In this document: one piece after another, positions 13,471 through 27,271 of the stretch
Layout: each line of letters opens with the position of its first letter
Numbering within the stretch: the first letter of the stretch is position 1
DNA from: Eledone cirrhosa
Taxonomy: Eukaryota
Direction: 5' to 3'
NCBI GenBank assembly: GCA_964016885.1
Contig: OZ024752.1
Location: forward strand, 14,012,001-14,076,000
DNA: 64,000 nucleotides
Translations under genes and position numbers: made by a program
Notes under the pieces: model-generated
Databases searched by the model: none
Seen by the model: only the letters and a program-made list of their open reading frames with translations
Told to the model about the DNA's origin: nothing

Positions 13471-15961
13471 GAATAAAAAAGCGAAATCCAATATTTCGGG
13501 TAGAACGGATATTCGGAGACAGATGACGATTTACGAGAGTTTGATAGTGAATAGCTTGGGGGGTGGTGAGAGTGAGAAAAAAAAATTACGACACAACAGT
13601 GAGGAATACGGTTGCAGAATGGAGGGATCTCATGGGGAATAAAGAGGTTACACGAGAAAACAAGAGTTATTTAGAATGTTTTGAATTCTCTCTTTTGCAA
13701 ACTGTAAATATAAAACCAAGGATTATATATTTCTTTACCGGTAAAGAAATATATGTTAGGTTCGTAAATGCATAAAGATTTACAGTTTTCCGTAAACAAT
13801 GGCACATATTTGGGATAACAGAAGTGCTCGCTATCATATCTTTGTTTCTATTCATGAGATCTTTATTCAGACCAACATTGGAAACCGACATTGGTGCCAT
13901 GCCTTGATTCACTTTTGTATTATATCCAACCTCAACCTTTCCAATGATGAATCAACACAGAAGAATATAATTCTTGTGGAACGTTTTTTTTTTTTGTTTC
14001 TACCGTAGTTCTAGTAATATAGTCAGCGAAATACATTAAAAGTCATGTCACTGGTTCTCTGTAAGAACTAAATGAAATATGCTTTCAATCATAGGAACAT
14101 TCTCCAATGTATTGAAAGTCCATTACATAGTAATAACATATTTTATCCAGTTGCAAATGGAGAATGTCTAAATAAAAGTGGCCATATAATTGCAAGGAAG
14201 ACATCATTCTTCTTCCGTATTAAAAGTTCACCAGGAGATAATTGTCTTGATAATGTATATTTCATATACAGATGGGACTGAAAATATGGAAATATCATAC
14301 ATTTTTATATACTAACATAAAAAGTATCACGTACTCTGTACCTGAATAAGAATAGATTCTGGGAAACATTTACTATAGTTTTCTCGAAAGAGATTCAAAT
14401 CGCCATGTTATATTGACTATTCACGCTTCAAAATATAATTATGCTGTTATATTTTGAATTTAATTTCTTCAATTATATCTATATATGGACATATAATTGT
14501 GTGTGTTCTTGTTCAGTTTGCGAACTGGCGTCAAAGAGATAAACATATGTTACGGTGGAAAATGTGCCCCTCCGTGTGCATGTGAAAACCCGTGTTCAAA
14601 GCCCCCCTTTCAATATCAGTGTGTATGTTTAATACCATGCTTATAGACGTAAGTGTCTTTGATATAATTTCTATTTCTATGAGAAAGTGTAATGGGGCCT
14701 GAGTAGTTTATATCTAAAAGCCTTAATCATTGTTCTAAAATTCCAATTGTTTCGCTCCGATCGGTACGGGCTACCCGAATATAATCATTTCTATGACGCT
14801 CTGAAATCTAAAAGGTAGGGACGTGTCAATGATATTTCAGTTGAAATGTAAGATGGTCGTAATAATATTCGCTGACGTTTTAAATACCGATGTAGGTTCC
14901 AGGATGTTGGCGTTTTTATCCACTAGATCATTGAGAAAGTCGCTACATTGATAATAAATAATATAATTGGACATCATTAAATGATAATGCTCTCTTTGAT
15001 TAGTACTCTCTGACATTGCTGCAAGTTTACACTATTAACACTAGTTTCTTATCCCAATCTACAGAACATAGAAGTTACATATGCAATATATTACAAATGT
15101 TCCAGACCGAAGCTTAGATATTTGTGAGTTTATAATTTTATAAAAAATATTTGCACATTTTTTGAGTAAATAAATTTAATCTACCAAGCACTAAACCAAT
15201 CAGATTAACATTCGATGATGCCAATTTTAAATACATTAGTCTGAACAACAATTTATAAAATTCATAACATTTTGACAAATATAATTTCTATATTTAGCGA
15301 GCAAAGACTTTGTATACAATAAACAAGTTTCAAATTCTAGTTGGATTTATTTGCATTTATTTGCAAAATGGGATTAATGCTGACTTCGGAGTTAAAAGAA
15401 TTAAGAACTGAACAGAATAGGAATTATTCACGAACATGTCATAAAAGTTATTAGACTACGAAATGATGAAATTATTTATTAAAAGAGCATAAACATTAAA
15501 TTACAAAATAAAATATAAACCAGGAAGCTTCTATTTATCTACAGTCGCTATGTTCGATATCAAGCAATAGAACATCTTAAATAATATGGTGCACAAGTTA
15601 TTTGTGTAAAAGGTGGACTAGTCGAAACTGGATTGTCTTTCATCATAAGGTGTGTACAATTAGGTTTAACTTATAGTTAAAAACTGCAACAATAACTGCA
15701 AGGAAAGATATATAAATGTATATAAAAGAGAAGATTATTAAAGCTAAAAGTTCCTTCTTCAACAAAACCAGAGGAGGACATGCTGGAGAATGTAATCTGA
15801 AATAAACTATATCAGCAGTTAGTATGTAGTATAAGTGGAATCAATGCGGACGACATGGGGCTAAATTACAGTAGTGTTACTCGTGATGTTAGCTTAACTA
15901 TAAATAGGTTTTAATAGCGATAGAATATACGGAAGAACTACTGCAACACAACCAAACGATT

Positions 15962-16135
15962 AGGAACAAGACCAGCAAATACCCCAGTGCATTACTGGTA
16001 CTTTACATTATCGGCCCCGTAAGGATGAAACGCAAAGTTAACCTCGGCGGGATTTGAACTCAGAACTTAAAGAGCCATAACTCTATGCTGCAAGGCATGG
16101 CGTCTGGCACTCTACCGATACTGCCAATCCACCAC
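15962..16135 (-). mobile_element. tRNA-derived SINE
   Basis: Core and A/B boxes on the minus strand. Confidence 0.9.
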
Positions 16136-16399
16136 CACGACTATGGTAATAATATCTTAAAGTTAGGTAACTTGATTAAATACAATTGCTGACTTTCCGG
16201 AAGTGATAAAACTAGTAGCTATAACCTCCATCACTTTTCTTTTTTTTTCTTTCATTTATGAGCAGCCCAATAAAAGCAAAAATGTCCTCAAGTACTAACC
16301 GAAGCTCATTTCCAAGTTAAATTGAAACGTTTAATTAAGGATTTACAACATAAGAAACCTTTGAGAAAGAATATTTTTATCTACCAATAAAATGTGTAA

Positions 16400-16715
16400 C
16401 TCGGAGATTCACTCCAGGTGGAGTCGCTACTTTTCTGAATTGAGAGATCACAGCTCCGATACTATGGTCATGGAGTTATAATGTCTCAGGAAAGAATCAC
16501 TGGAGAGATTCTACTAACGAAACCAACCGGTAGGAGGCCCAGATATAGAACCTGATTAAGATGGTTGGATAACATTCATGAGCTTGGCTGGTCATGCTTC
16601 GGGATCCAGCTCGATCAGTTGGAGACAGTTACCTCTGAGACAGGACCCACTCGAATGAGTGTTTGAGGACTCTGCCCCCACGACACTCTCAGGAATAAGT
16701 GGGCGAAGAAAAGAT
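16400..16715 (+). mobile_element. RTE-clade LINE 3' fragment
   Basis: IERSQLRYYGH..TGRRP..RWLDNIHELG. Confidence 0.75.
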
Positions 16716-17099
16716 GAATTTCGAAGATATGTATTTTGGTCAAAACCAACATAATCAATAATAACTGTATATGTAGGCGATTATAAATGTATATGTAGTA
16801 GATTCTTGAAACTAATTGTAGGTAGATATCGAAATTTCAAAATCATTTAGTTTAGAACAGAAATATACATTCCTTAGATTACAAATGAAAGAAGGCTGAA
16901 ATTACAAACTTGCGTGGATGTAAAAAAACAATCTAAACATAGAAAATCTATACATTTAATAAAAATTATTCCATTATTTAGTTAATAAATTACTCCATTA
17001 TTTAGTTAAAAATAAGGTCGATGAAATAAAGTACCAGTTTAGCACTGGAGTCGATTTAATCGAATCCCCCTCCCCCAGAAAAAAAGTGTTGGCCATTTT

Positions 17100-18370
17100 G
17101 TAGACGAACGCAGAACCGGCGTACGCAATAGACTGACAATGCAGGAGGATTACAGATAAGGTTTAGTATATAGACGAGGTTTATTGTGATACATAGGGCA
17201 GACAAATTATTTCAGCTGTCTTTAGTGAATGTCTGTGAAAGAAAAGTAATGCGGGCTTCATTATTTGAGGAACAATCAAGACCAATTGCGAGTGGATGAG
17301 TATAATGGTTTAATGATTATCTAAACAGAGTAGATAATACTGAGAATGGGGTGCCAGTTATTTTGTCATCGTCCTTCACTAGAAGCCTAGGACACATGCA
17401 TCATTACTTTCAGGAGGATATAACAACTGTTGTAAAATACGGCAAGCCAGATAATTTTATAGTTTATAGATGCAACCCTAAATATTCAAAATAATCTAAA
17501 TCAAAATGAAGCAGCAAAAAACAAACCAGATTTAGTTGCCGAAACTTTTAAAGTTCAGCTTTCTGAAATAATGAAGGATATCAAATAAAGATACATTCTT
17601 GGCGTGCCGGTGGCTCATGTTCATGTCATTGAGTTCCAAAAAAGAGGACTGCCTCATTGCCGTATATTGGTCAACTTAAGAAACAAAGACAAGCTTCAAA
17701 ACAGAGAAGACATTGTCAACAAAAATCACTGCATTGGAACAGGATCCATGAGCCATGTGGTTCTGGAAATCCTTCTTCTCCATGCATACACAATGGAGTT
17801 TTCCATATGAACTGTACAAAAACCTGTTGAGAGGAAAATTTATTGACCCTAAAGAACATCCAGCGTTCAGGCGGGGCAAGACAGGGACTAGTGCAAATTG
17901 AACGACTTTCAGTAGACAACGTGAATGTTTAATATTATTCTGCTTAAGGAATATCCTGTGTAAATTAATATTGAAGTTTGCATTTCTGTAAAATGCGTCA
18001 AGTAAATCTTTAAATATGTTTACAAGGGGCATGATTGTGCGCTATAGACGTAAGCAATAATACATTACAAAATGATGCTAGGAACCAATGCAACCATGAT
18101 GAAATAAGAAATGATCTTAGTTGCAGGTATGTGTCTCTGCGAGAAGCAGTATGGCACCTCTCTGAATCTAAGCTTCACGGTACCCCACATACAATGTACA
18201 GGTTAGACATACACCTGGAGAACAAACAGAGTTCACTTTCAAAGAGGCAATATCCAGGTCACGGTAGTAATGCAAGTACACCGAGACACGACACTTACTG
18301 CCTATTTCAAGCGGGATGAAGAGGTGGGGAAATGTAAGCATCTACTTATATTCAGAAATTTTGGAAAACT
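17100..18370 (+). mobile_element. Decayed Helitron Rep (HUH) coding fragment
   Basis: PVILSSSF, YGKPD, HVIEFQKRGLPHC, FKYVYKGHDCA, DEIRN..RYVS..EAVW..RLDIHLENKQ; multiple frameshifts. Confidence 0.85.
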
Positions 18371-18457
18371 ACATACAAATGAGCCTCTTCTGCACATGTT
18401 TGATTAGCAAAACCAATATAAGCTGTAGCTTAACCTTGACTCAGTTCCAAATGATTA

Positions 18458-18506
18458 AACGTTACTGAAGATGGATACAAATCCTGAAACACTAGTGTTT
18501 GGCGTT
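18458..18506 (+). ncRNA. Type I hammerhead ribozyme
   Basis: aacgtta-CTGAAGA-t-ggat(acaa)atcc-t-GAAA-cactagtg-TT-tggcgtt; palindromic stem III. Confidence 0.8.
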
Positions 18507-18675
18507 CCAAGAAAGTTACTGCCATAGCTGTCACGTGATCGCAGGTTACAACAGCCTTGGCGAGACTTATGGTTAGTTTTGTTGTATTGCACATATATAT
18601 ATATCGTACACACTCCACATATAATATATATATAAATATATACACACACATACACATACATACACACACATAAAT

Positions 18676-18728
<53 letters not shown>

Positions 18729-18734
18729 AATGAC

Positions 18735-19011
18735 TCAACAGGTAGACAAATCAGAGAAGCCACTAAAATAGAACTAAGAAAACCGAAGTTGAACAGAAAT
18801 AATGAATGGAATAACAACAACAACCATACACAAACACACAATACTGACCTAAGACAAATACAAAATTAAATAAATATATACAGGTACAATGATAACCACA
18901 CATAAACGCACCTTATTGAGCAAAGATAGAATACAAACACACTCTGACTCAGACACGAGAATACACCAAATAGAAAACACACACACAAACGCATGCGCAA
19001 CCAGACAAGAA

Positions 19012-19046
<35 letters not shown>

Positions 19047-19245
19047 ATAGAAATAACAATGGCATATACATTACAATATAACGGGAGGAAACATAATAGT
19101 GCTACTGATGATGTCACAGGTGTGTGATGAAAGAACTTTGAGAGACTATATATATATATATATATATATTTATATCAATATTTTTAACCGTTTGTCAATC
19201 AATGATAAACATTGATTGCCATCTAAATTAACTATGGAGATATAA
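18735..19245 (+). mobile_element. PLE 3' fragment (GIY-YIG C-terminus, UTR, degenerate HHR at ~19100-19145)
   Basis: RQIREATKIELRKPKLNRNNEW; CTGATGA-t-gtcaca(ggtg)tgtgat-GAAA-gaac-TT. Confidence 0.7.
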
Positions 19246-19363
19246 AATATTTATATATTATGCCACTCTTAGTGTGGAAGGATTTCGAAGCTTCTGGTGA
19301 TTATGGAGAAAGTTCAGGTTTAGTGTGTGGAGGCCTAGATTGACGCACATTATATGTGTATGG

Positions 19364-19547
19364 GGGATTGGCAGTATCGGTAGAGGGTCGGACGCCATGC
19401 TTTGACGCATAGAGTTACGGCCCTTGCCATTCTGAGTTCAAATCCGGCCGAGGTTAACTTTGCCTTTCATCCTTACGGGGTCGATAAAATAAAGTACCAG
19501 TAATGCACTGGTAATTGCTGGCCTTATGGCAAAAGTAGAAACAATTA
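19364..19547 (+). mobile_element. tRNA-derived SINE
   Basis: A and B boxes, core and tail all present. Confidence 0.9.
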
Positions 19548-20159
19548 TATGTGTATACAGAAGGAATAATGAATAAAAGATCTTAATAGGATTAAACGTA
19601 GCAAGAGGTGATATCAAGCAGATCATAAAAAAGTGCAAAAGGAAGAATAGCCGATATAATCTTACGTTGTTGGATGACGAGCCATAATCCAGATAGAAGA
19701 TCATAAGCATAAATTGAAGTGATGTAACGTGAGATGAGGTTTCCCAATATGTATGCGATATTAATTAATCTTAATACAGCCACATAGAAAGAACATCTTT
19801 TACACGTTTTCATTAACAATTATTCAGCAATCGCTCTACTGGATGTTGAAAGAAATAGGATTATTACGCTTCAAATCTTTTGAAGTCTTGTTCTCCTCTA
19901 TGAAGTGAAACTGTCCAAATTGAATTTGTTACAGTCTTAATTAACAGAGACTTCGCTTATAATAAATGATGAAGCATGTTCAAAGTAACAGCATACGTAC
20001 ACACAAACATACACACAAACATACACATACAAATATGCAAACATGTACGAAACACACACAGATTATATTTTTCAAGAATACCAATTACAATCAAAATTAA
20101 TTCAATACATATTCATTTATTAGATTGGATATTTATTCATTAATTGTTATATAATTTCC

Positions 20160-21330
20160 AATGGCAACCTGGAGTGTTAATCACAATTTTCAAAAAAGAA
20201 GGGAAAGAGAGATTGCTGAAATTATAAAAGAATCTTCTATGCTAAGTGACGGGGAAAGTGATGTAGGGAGATTGTCGAAACCAAGTTAACTGATGAACAG
20301 TGTTGTTGTTATCCATGATGTAGTGCAGCCCTCCAAATAATCACTCTATGACAGGTCTTAGAAAAATCGTGGGGCTATTGCCAAGAGCTCTTTGTGGACC
20401 TCGAAAATGCATACCACCGCTTCCACGCGACTCATTGGAGAAGGTTCAGTATGTGTATGGGATCGATGGACAGTTTCATGTTGCCTTGCAGTCTCTATAC
20501 GAATGACATTATTTATATTGGGATAAATGGGGCTGAATCTAATCCATTCAATATGTGCTTCTGACTCTGCTAAGCGGCCATATTTTCATCTCTCTTGTTT
20601 ATAATCTTTATGGACAGGATTGAGAAGCACAACTGAACGAGAAGTGGTATCAAGACTGGCGGGTCTAGGATCAGATGGCTGAAATTTTCAGCGGAGATGG
20701 TGCTACTTAACTCGCCGGAACAGGATTTCCGACATGCACTGAATAGGTTTGCTTGCAAGTGCTGCGTGGCTATTGTGAAAATCAGTGCTGCGAAGACTGA
20801 CATTTGTCCACACAAGGAAGCCTGCGCAATGCACTCTATATGTGAATGGAGTTCCAGTAATACAGGTGGAAATGTCCTGGTATCTCGGGACCATATCCAC
20901 GAGTGATGGAAGGGAGGAAGCTGAATGAATGAATGCATGCGTTGCAGGAGTTGATGCAGTAATACATCAGCTTCAATTCTTGGCCACCAGAGAAAGGTTG
21001 GTTTACGCTTACTCTTACCTATGGTTATTCGGTACTGTTCGAAAACACGAGATCGTGAATACAAAGGGCTTCGAATCAAGAGAAAACAGCTCCGATAACA
21101 TGGATATTCGGTTAGAATGACACTGGACAGAATTCAAGGGCAAAACTAATCTGCAAGAGCCCCAAGGTAGACCTCGAGCAAAATGGCTGGATAAAATCCA
21201 TGAGCTTGGTTCATCTTGCTTGGCGATCCAGCCAGATCAGTTGGAGACGGTTGCGCCTGGTAATATTCTCTAGGAGGCGTGTCTAAAGACTCTGCCTCCT
21301 CGACCATTCCAAGAATTGGTTGATGAAGGA
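20160..21330 (+). mobile_element. Highly decayed RTE-clade LINE (RT and 3' end)
   Basis: WQPGVLITIFKK, NYKRI, FVDLENAY, SLLFIIFMDRI remnants; 3' end homologous to 13165-13470 and 16400-16715. Confidence 0.75.
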
Positions 21331-21473
21331 GAAGAAATATATACTTTATATTCGTACAAATGTTTCTATGTGCAATGTTCTGAAGCTCTCGTACAAATTT
21401 AGTTTTTACCTATTATATTTATGCAGATACATATATATATATATCAATTACTATAATACCAATACTATGTGCG

Positions 21474-21535
<62 letters not shown>

Positions 21536-21623
21536 CAGGTTAAGGTGTAAGCAAAGAATCGCTGCTTTCAGCCTTAACGGGATCTTCTGAAAGATAAAGA
21601 TATTTATATATATATATATATAT

Positions 21624-23616
21624 TAGGGTGTTCCAGAATCCCACATTTTACACATTTAGTGTGTTTTTCTTAGCTCCCTATGCATTTTCTCATGCCATTT
21701 TGTATATTATCAATTTATAATGTAATTTCGATTATTTCAGACTAATTTAAGTTTTGCCTAGTAGTTGCAAATTGGCAGAATAATGGCGGAAACCAGTGGG
21801 CCTAGTTGTAGCTACTCGCTCCGTTGTGATGATCGAGAAATATGGCTCCTGGGGCAATATGTTACATCCTTTTCACCAAACAAAATACCAACAAAGGGGG
21901 ATGTTCTAAGATAATTTTTCTACTTGAAAGATGGTCCTGTGAAACACGAAAAGATCAGAACTGTGAGGGCTGAACACGTAAAAGAACAATTTACTGTACC
22001 AGACTTTGTTACCTTGCATGGGATGGCAACATAATTTCTGGTGACCACGAGAGGTTAGGTGTGCTAGCTGTTGGAACTCCGGACTTCAGAGAAGGTAAAC
22101 TCCTCGGTGTTCCCATGATTCCTGATGGCACTGGAACCACCCAAGCCAATGCATCATTTGATCTTGTTAAAGATTGGAATGTTGATGGGTTTGTTGTGGG
22201 CTTGGTCTCCGACACAACTGCTTCGAATTCTGGATGGAAAAATGGTGCCTGCGTGAAACTAGAAGAGATGCTCAACAAAAAGGTGTTTTATTTTGCTTGT
22301 CAGCAAATCTTGTGTGCATTGTGGCAACAACTATTCCGAGCAATGTCCAGTCCAGACACCCCAGAGTTCAAGGAGTTCAAAAAAGATTGGGTGTCACTCA
22401 TGGACAAGACCAACTTTAAAACATTGAACATTGTCGACCGGAGACTCAAGCGTCTGTGTTCTGAGAACATCAAGTTCCTCCAAAGATTTGCTGACATCCG
22501 ACGATGGGAAAATGAGTTCTCTTCCACGGGACGACTGCCGAGAATGTGCCGAGTTGATGTTGATCTTGTTTGGTGTCACGCCTCCTCCTGGAATTCATTG
22601 GATGCTGCCTGGTGCACATCATAACACTCGGTGGATGTCCACAATCATCTATAGTGCAAAGATGTATGCATTTGGTGAGCGACTCGATGACGATCAAGCT
22701 AAAATGGAAAAGTGGCGCCGGATCTGTATGTTCAATTCTCTGTTGTACGTGCGATACTGGCTGTCTGCAGTCAAGTGTTCTGATGCACCATCCAATGACC
22801 TTCAGTTCTACGTGGAGTTACCACAGTACAGTAAGGTTGACAGAGATCTGACGCAAGCAGCCACTACTGCTCTGAGCAGGCATCTTTGGTACCTCACGGA
22901 GGAAGCCATTCCGCTAGCGCTGTTTTCAAGAGTCCGAGAATAAACAAGTAGCACAACGTCTTGTCAAAACGAAAACGTCTGGGCCTCTCGACCGTGGTGC
23001 TCTAGTATTTCCCGAGTTGATGTCGTCCACGAAGCTGCCTCATCTAGTTGGGAAGAAATCAAGGCTTGTGTTCGATCTCCTTGGTCTCGACGATACTTGG
23101 CTTGAGCTGTCACCTACAACTTGGTCATCACAAGCGTCATATCAGAATGCTTGTGCTGTTGTTCACAATATTAAGGTAGTCAACGATCTGGCGGAGAGAG
23201 CAGTCAAGTTGATAACTGATTTTGTTGCCATCACTAAGAATGAGGAGGAGAAGCAGTGTTCTTCAAGTAGTCGAAGTTCATCGTCGCAAGGTCCCGGATT
23301 TCAAAAAAGAAACTCTGAAAAAAATATGACTGGAGTTAAATTAACTGAACTTGTTTCTTCCCTGTACGCCTTTATATTCAAAGCTGGTTTACTAAATATA
23401 ATGGATTAATAAAATAAACAATTATTGTATGGTCGTATTTGGTTTCACATTTTCCTGATTTCATGCAACATAATCACTCTTTCTACGATAATCACCATGA
23501 CTCAGAATAATTTATTTTATACAAAATATGTTTTATTTTACCAATTGGGGCATTTATAATGGGAAAATACGCAGGGAGCGTTAGTATCGTGACCTTGCTT
23601 TTTATGGCACACTCTA
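21624..23616 (+). mobile_element. DDE DNA transposon, hATm-like, frameshifted transposase
   Basis: Imperfect TIRs TAGGGTGTTCCA / TGGCACACTCTA; subterminal inverted repeat; motifs DTTASNSGWKNGAC, PGAHHNTRWM, HLWYLTEE, VVNDLAERAVKL; atatatat on both flanks. Superfamily assigned from recalled motifs. Confidence 0.8.
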
Positions 23617-23894
23617 ATATATATATATTCATATGTTTAGTAAAGGTATATTTTGAATGTAAAGTGTAATGACTCCTTACGTATTTACTTATAATCAGCG
23701 CTGTAGTGGTACTCCACTTCTTTTAATCTGTGTCGACCGAGTATTACATTCTTTTTTTCCCTGTAACATCTAAAAGAGTTAAGGGGCGCCGGACTGACAT
23801 ACGGCATTACTAGAGCATTTTAAGCTTGGCAGAACCCACCTCCTCTCCATTTCTTCACATGTCAACTGAGTATCTATAATATCGTTATACTAAT

Positions 23895-24372
23895 CCAGCC
23901 GAGGTTAACTTTGCCTTTCATCCTTACGCGGTTGATAACATAAAGTACCAGTAATGTACTGGGATAATTGCTGGCCTTGTGCCAAAAGTAGAAACAATTA
24001 TTAGGGCAGTGTGGAGTGGTGGACAGGCAGTATCTGTAGAGCATCGCACAACATGCTCTCCAGGAGAGATTTACAGTCTGAATTCAAATCTCGCCGGGGT
24101 CGATAGAAAAAGCACCAGTAATGAACTGAGGTTGATTTAATCGACCCCCTAAAATTGTTGGCCTTGTGCCTAAATCAGAAACCATTATAAGGACAGTGGA
24201 TTGCCAGTATCAGTAGAACGTTGGACATGCTTTGTGACAGATTCACGGCCCTTTACGCCATGGTTAGATTTGCCTTTCATCCTTGCGGGGTCGACAAAAT
24301 AAGCTCCCAGTAACGTACTGGGATAAATTTAATCGACATTCCTCTGATGGCCTTATGACAAAAGTAGAAACA
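23895..24372 (+). mobile_element. Three consecutive SINE copies of different ages
   Basis: Cores at ~23895-24002, 24004-24188 and 24191-24372. Confidence 0.85.
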
Positions 24373-24690
24373 GATGCCACTTGCAGCGACACTTTCTCCA
24401 GCCGCAACCTGGTGCAGTCTGCCACTAACACAGATTTTGCTGCACTTCGGGCTAAGGAGGGCGAACTCCTCAAGTATCGGTCGCTCTCCGATAGATTTGC
24501 GGCCGTGCCCTTGGGGGTGAAGAATTCTGGTGTCATTGGCACTAGGGCTACCTCCCTACTTACCACCATAGGCGTTGAGCTGACTAGCCACAGCTGTGAG
24601 CTCGCGAGATAGAATGGCTCTTTCAACGCATCTCCCTTGCTATATATCTCGAGAAACGCCTTCTCCATTCTGTCCACCGGGACCGCGGGG
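24373..24690 (+). mobile_element. CRE-clade-like non-LTR retrotransposon, RLE C-terminal fragment
   Basis: DATCSDTF...LKYRSLSDRFAAVPLGVKNSGVIG...WLFQRISLAI resembles CRE-type C-termini. Confidence 0.7.
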
Positions 24691-25021
24691 CTACCAGCAC
24701 GTGGCGCCCCATTTGCTCACTATACAGAGAGTTGGGGAGGGTGAGAGAGATGGAGGCGATGACAGTGGGAGTTCGACTCTTCCGTCTTTGGACACATTTA
24801 CCAATTCTATATTATTGTATTTGAGATAAATATTTTTACTAACTCTCTATCTAGGTGTCTTCATTATTAGTTGTTTATAGTTTTTAACTTCGAGAGATTA
24901 AAAAAGACAGACAGTTAATCGGATCCTGGTGAATATTTAATCAGTCAATTCACTGTTCATTCCCAGCTAACCATGAGTTTTACTTTTACTGCAAACCTAC
25001 CCCCGTCTATCTATCTCTCTC

Positions 25022-25081
<60 letters not shown>

Positions 25082-25096
25082 ATATATATATATATA

Positions 25097-25190
25097 ATAA
25101 TTGTTTCTACTTTAGGCACAAGGCCAGCAATTACCCAGTGCATTACTGGTACTTTATTTTATCGACCCCGTAAGGATGAAAGGCAAAGTC
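25097..25190 (-). mobile_element. SINE 3' fragment
   Basis: Core and tail only. Confidence 0.85.
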
Positions 25191-25259
25191 ATAAGAAATT
25201 TGAACACTAAAATCCAAAGAGGGCTCGATAAGGATAAATATATATCAATTATATAAGAA

Positions 25260-25376
25260 CTCTCTCTTTCTCCTTTCTCTCCCTCTCTCTTTCTCCTTTC
25301 TCTCCCTCTCTCCCTCTCCTTTCTCTCCCTCTCTCCCCCTCTCCCTCTCTCCCCCTCTCTCTCTCTCTTTCTCTCT

Positions 25377-25407
<31 letters not shown>

Positions 25408-25544
25408 GTTCTCTCTCTCTCTCTCTTTCTATCTCTCTTTCTATCTCTCTTTCTCTGTCTCTCTCTCTCTTTCTCTCTTTCTATCTCTCTCTCTCTTTCT
25501 CTCTTTCTCTCTCTCTTTCTTTCTCTCTCTCTCTCTCTCTCTCC

Positions 25545-25602
<58 letters not shown>
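25260..25602. repeat. (CT)n microsatellite
   Basis: Seen directly. Confidence 0.95.
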
Positions 25603-25606
<4 letters not shown>

Positions 25607-25752
25607 ATATATATATAATATATTTATATTTTTTTCCGTTCATTGCCAGGGAACATCTCCACCAACCACCTAAATAGAATATTAGTCTACGACTTCATTT
25701 ATACCATAAACGTGGTTTTGTCTACGCGTATAATTGTTCTCACCGCTCCAAA

Positions 25753-25940
25753 TAATTGTTTCTACTTTGGGAACAAGGCCAGCAATTACCCAGTGCACTA
25801 CAGGTACTTTATTTTATCGACTCCGTAAGGATGAAAGGCAAAGTTAACCTCGGCGGGATTTGAACTCAAACCATAAAGGGGCGTAACCCTTTGCTGCAAA
25901 GCATAGCGACAGACCATCTACCGATACTGCCAATCCACCG
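25753..25940 (-). mobile_element. tRNA-derived SINE with target-site duplication
   Basis: caccgctccaaataat on both sides. Confidence 0.9.
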
Positions 25941-26039
25941 CTCCAAATAATGATGTATTATCTTCGTTTTTTTCCGTTCTTTGCCAGGGAACGTTTCCAC
26001 GAACCAAAGTATCGTCTTCCTGTCTTCCTTCGGTTGCAA

Positions 26040-26155
26040 TGTTTTTCGAAATATTTACTTCTGCGTTCACAGATTGATTTTTTTTAGTTTCAGAAGATCC
26101 CGTTAAGGGTTAAAGCAGCGATTCTTTGCTTAAACTTTAATCTGTTATTTTAATA
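26040..26155 (+). repeat. Short TA-associated repeat family with an HHR-like fold
   Basis: Copies at 21533-21592(-), 29252-29371(+), 46683-46745(-), 56102-56135(-), 58722-58780(+), 60691-60762(+). Confidence 0.8.
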
Positions 26156-27271
26156 TATATATATATACATGTTACTATATTATTCTCAATATTAAGAAAA
26201 CAAATGTTAAAGATATCTTTATAATATATTTGTATCCAAAAGCAACATTTATTTCCTGTCTGTTTTCAGGTAACAAACATCTGGACTCAAAGTGGTATTT
26301 ATCATACCTTGATATGGGTAGGTGCTGAAGTCATCTCTTTTCTTAGTTTAGATTTCAGAATATGAAAAAACAGCTCTACGTAAAATTCAAATAGAAAGTA
26401 CATATTTATGAAGATCAATATGGTGCTTATAGAAATTAATATATATCTATTAAGGTCGATTCTTTTAAATTTGATATATACCATATGGTGATGAAAATAT
26501 TTTCACATACACCTGGGAAAAATATATAGAATTGCTTATACAAATATTGAACTGGATATTAGCGCCTGTATATATAAATATATTTCTATTTACATACAGC
26601 ATTAAGCATTTTTTTTTCGGTAATTAGATACTTTTACTATCAAGTTCTTTCCATCTCTCTCCATTCGTCTCTCTGACTCATTCCAGCTCTCTCCCTCCTA
26701 CTCTGCTTCAATGAGGCGGGACAAATCTTTGGAAGACGTTTAATTGAAACGAACTTCGTCGATTTCCCAGATCTGTGAAGATTCAAGTTGTTCGATCAAC
26801 AGAACAGCCTACTCTGGAACTTAACATTTACGCGTATGAGCTTTCCATAATGACATGAACTCTTATCGTTATCCTCATTGAAATTCAATAGGACACACTG
26901 TGTCAAGGCTGGCCTTTTGAATTAGTTTCAGCAATGTTTCCATCAACCCAATTCCATTAACAAACCTTGGGTCAATACGAGTCTATAATAAATGACACCT
27001 ATCAACGATGCAACAAAGTGTGGTCGCACATGAGACTTGTTGGTTGTGAAACGACTGAATTCAAATGCAGCCAAAGGTAGCTTTGCCTTTCATCCATTAC
27101 GGGGTTGATGAAATAATGCACCAGTAATGTAGTGGGGTCGATTTAACTGACCCCCCCTCCTACCACCGAAAAGTTGTTGGCTTGTGCCTAACTCAGAAAC
27201 CATTATTTACTGATAGGAACCACATACCTTTAAAAGCCTGAAAGAATTAAGATTTATTCACCTACTCGTTA

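Noticed and set aside
13667-14410. Non-repetitive stretch with short ORFs
   Set aside because: Stops in the frames examined and no recognisable domain
19592-19819. Hydrophobic 75-aa ORF as a possible host membrane-protein exon
   Set aside because: No recognisable family motif or supported splice structure; needs BLASTx
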